Positions 61,955-64,000 of a stretch of DNA of 64,000 nt are shown one piece after another. Position 1 is the first letter of the stretch. Each line of letters starts with the position of its first letter. The DNA is taken from positions 46,071,664 to 46,135,663 of the forward strand of contig JARFYF010000063.1 in NCBI GenBank assembly GCA_030265395.1, written 5' to 3'. The DNA comes from Rhina ancylostomus. Lineage: Eukaryota. A program made the position numbers and the translations under genes. Below the pieces are notes generated by a model. That model had not been told where the DNA came from. It saw only the letters and a program-made list of their open reading frames with translations, and searched no databases.

Positions 61955-63235
61955 AAAAACAAAATGCTGGAGGTACTCTGCAGGACAGGCAGTAAGTGAA
62001 GAAAGAAAAAGTTAACTTTTAAGACTAAAATAACAGAAACCAGATAATGAGAAATGGAAAATGCTGAAAATACTCAGCAGATCAGATAGTATCAGTGGAA
62101 AGAAAAACAGTCAATGTTTCAGGGCAAAGATCTTTCATCAGAACTTTTCAGATTGAAGTCATTGAGAAAAGTTAGAAGTAAAACAAGTTTAAAATACAGA
62201 AAACCAGAGGAGGAAAGTACAGAACAAAAAGGGAAGTGACTATGACAGGGTGGAAGGCAGGAGAGATGAAGTGACAAAAGATGGAAAGTGCAAATATGAA
62301 AGATGGTTATAATAGGATAAGGGAAACAGGATAATATTGACCCAAAATGTTAATACCACTTTTCTGCTAATTATTTCCAGCATCTTCCAGTTTTATTTCA
62401 GATTTCCAGCATCACGTGAGGGAACAAATGTCAGTCTGCAGAGGTGTAAATGGTGGAACCAGGATAATTATCTAATAATACTGATTGCCCAAAATTGCTA
62501 GACGCAACATTTAAGCTCAGAAAGCTGTTATTTGCCTACAAGGTGCCATTTCAAGGTTGCGTTGGTCGTCATTGCAACTGACAAGGACAGGGAGTTCATG
62601 GTGAGAGAGGGCTGAAGATTTCAAATGACAGGTAACTAAGAACTTGTGGACTGAATAGAGGTATTCCACAAAGCTGTCACTCAATCTGTATTTAACAGGT
62701 CAAATGTAGAGAGCACCACATCTTGAGCCGTATATTCAGCAAATTAAATGGCAAACATTACCATTAAACCTTAACCACCTAGAAAGTGCATTTGAGAATC
62801 TCATTAATGGCAAGGAGGTATTGCTTCTCCTACAATTGCACAGGATGATGCTGTAGGAAGGAGATGGATTCCCAGAGAGGATGGTCCATCACAAATGTTG
62901 AAAGAGGAAAGACATGATGATGATGTCTGGTAGTGGCATCATGCCAGGAGTCGTCAGAGATGCAGAGGACAATTTGCCAAATGTGTGAGCTGGCAAGGTA
63001 GAAAGGATAGATAAGGGAAATCTTGGTAGGATGCAGCAGAGTGGGAAATAGAACAGACCCAGCCCTGCAAACTGCAATGGAGTGGAATCCATGACAGAAG
63101 AAACAAACCCAGAAACACCATCATAAAAGTTTGTATCATCAGAACAGATGTGATGGAGACAGACACGCTTGGAAAATGAAGTGAAGTCCTTAGAGAAAGC
63201 AGGGTGGAAGAAAATGTAGTTTAGGTAACTGAAGC
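61955..63235 (-). mobile_element. Decayed Penelope-like retroelement: GIY-YIG endonuclease remnant plus terminal repeat
   Basis: The minus strand gives broken peptides SHIWQIVL...HDATTRH, SRCGALYI and KYRLSDSFVEYLYSVHK, resembling Penelope EN (C..CG..YIGET.R.L..RF.EH..S). Downstream lies CTGATGA...GAAAC-ATT-GACTG at 62141-62108. Confidence 0.75.
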
Positions 63236-64000
63236 GAAGGTTTTTGAACCAACCTGCACAACCCTATTCACTACCTTAGTATAGCAACAGTATGATCACT
63301 GTGCACTACAATAGACTGTTATTTTTGTTCTAATTGTGTTCCTTCTTATCTAATTTATACTTTCCTTATGTTGTGTATCTGATGCTATGTGCACATGATC
63401 CTGCTGCAAGCAAGCTTTTCATTGCATACGTGTATTTGTTCATGCGACAATAAACACGACTTTAAACTACAATTGAAAACAATGGAAACATTTCAGTCAA
63501 CTACCAGTTTTAATCTTGGTTCAGCTTTTAACTTATGCTTTTCACTGGCCTGAAAAATATAATGCATTTACAAACATTATATACAAAATCTAAAAAACCT
63601 CTCTCAACATTTTGTGCTTAACAGAACAAGATAAACTTTAGCAGATGGAGCAAATGGGGTTGGGCGGGGGGTCACTGAGCCAATTATCTACCTCACTGGC
63701 TTACAGCAGTTCTACTGTGATATCTATGAACTGCAGTAATAGCTAGTTATTTGCATCAGCTAAAACTCGACAGATTTGTTGGGAAGTAAAAGCAAAGCCA
63801 AGTCTGGACTTTGTACAGTACCTTGAAAACAATACAACTTTAACCTGAAAGGAACATGTATGCAAAGCAGACCAACCAGAAATCCTCCACTTCCTGCCCA
63901 TTTACTCTTACTTGCACCAGCAAGGGAACTCATCTCGTCCCAAACTTTTGCCAACATCATGGCAAATGACTTTTGAATCAGTCTAAAAGTATAAGCCAAG

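Overview
Vertebrate nuclear DNA, most likely a cartilaginous fish (shark or ray), judged from the repeat types and the slowly evolving proteins; it is a draft assembly with many N gaps. Two spliced genes lie on the minus strand. (1) A KEAP1-family gene with five coding exons (57016-46528, about 586 aa from the first in-exon ATG) and three tandem AATAAA signals near 45700. (2) About 22 kb downstream, the CpG-island promoter and first four coding exons of an SSDP-family gene that best matches SSBP3 (23729-19019); its intron 4 runs off the window start. The rest is intron or intergenic DNA with decayed CR1, Rex1-like and L2-like LINEs, tRNA-derived SINEs, a decayed Penelope-like element, and short Penelope-related repeats carrying minimal hammerhead-ribozyme motifs. 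The most notable points are the KEAP1-SSBP3 linkage (possibly a slowly evolving Keap1A ohnolog with all main sensor cysteines), the hammerhead-bearing repeat family, and a Trp-to-Cys change in a normally invariant SSBP3 LUFS motif. Protein comparisons are from recalled reference sequences, not from a database search. I found no clearly new biological system.
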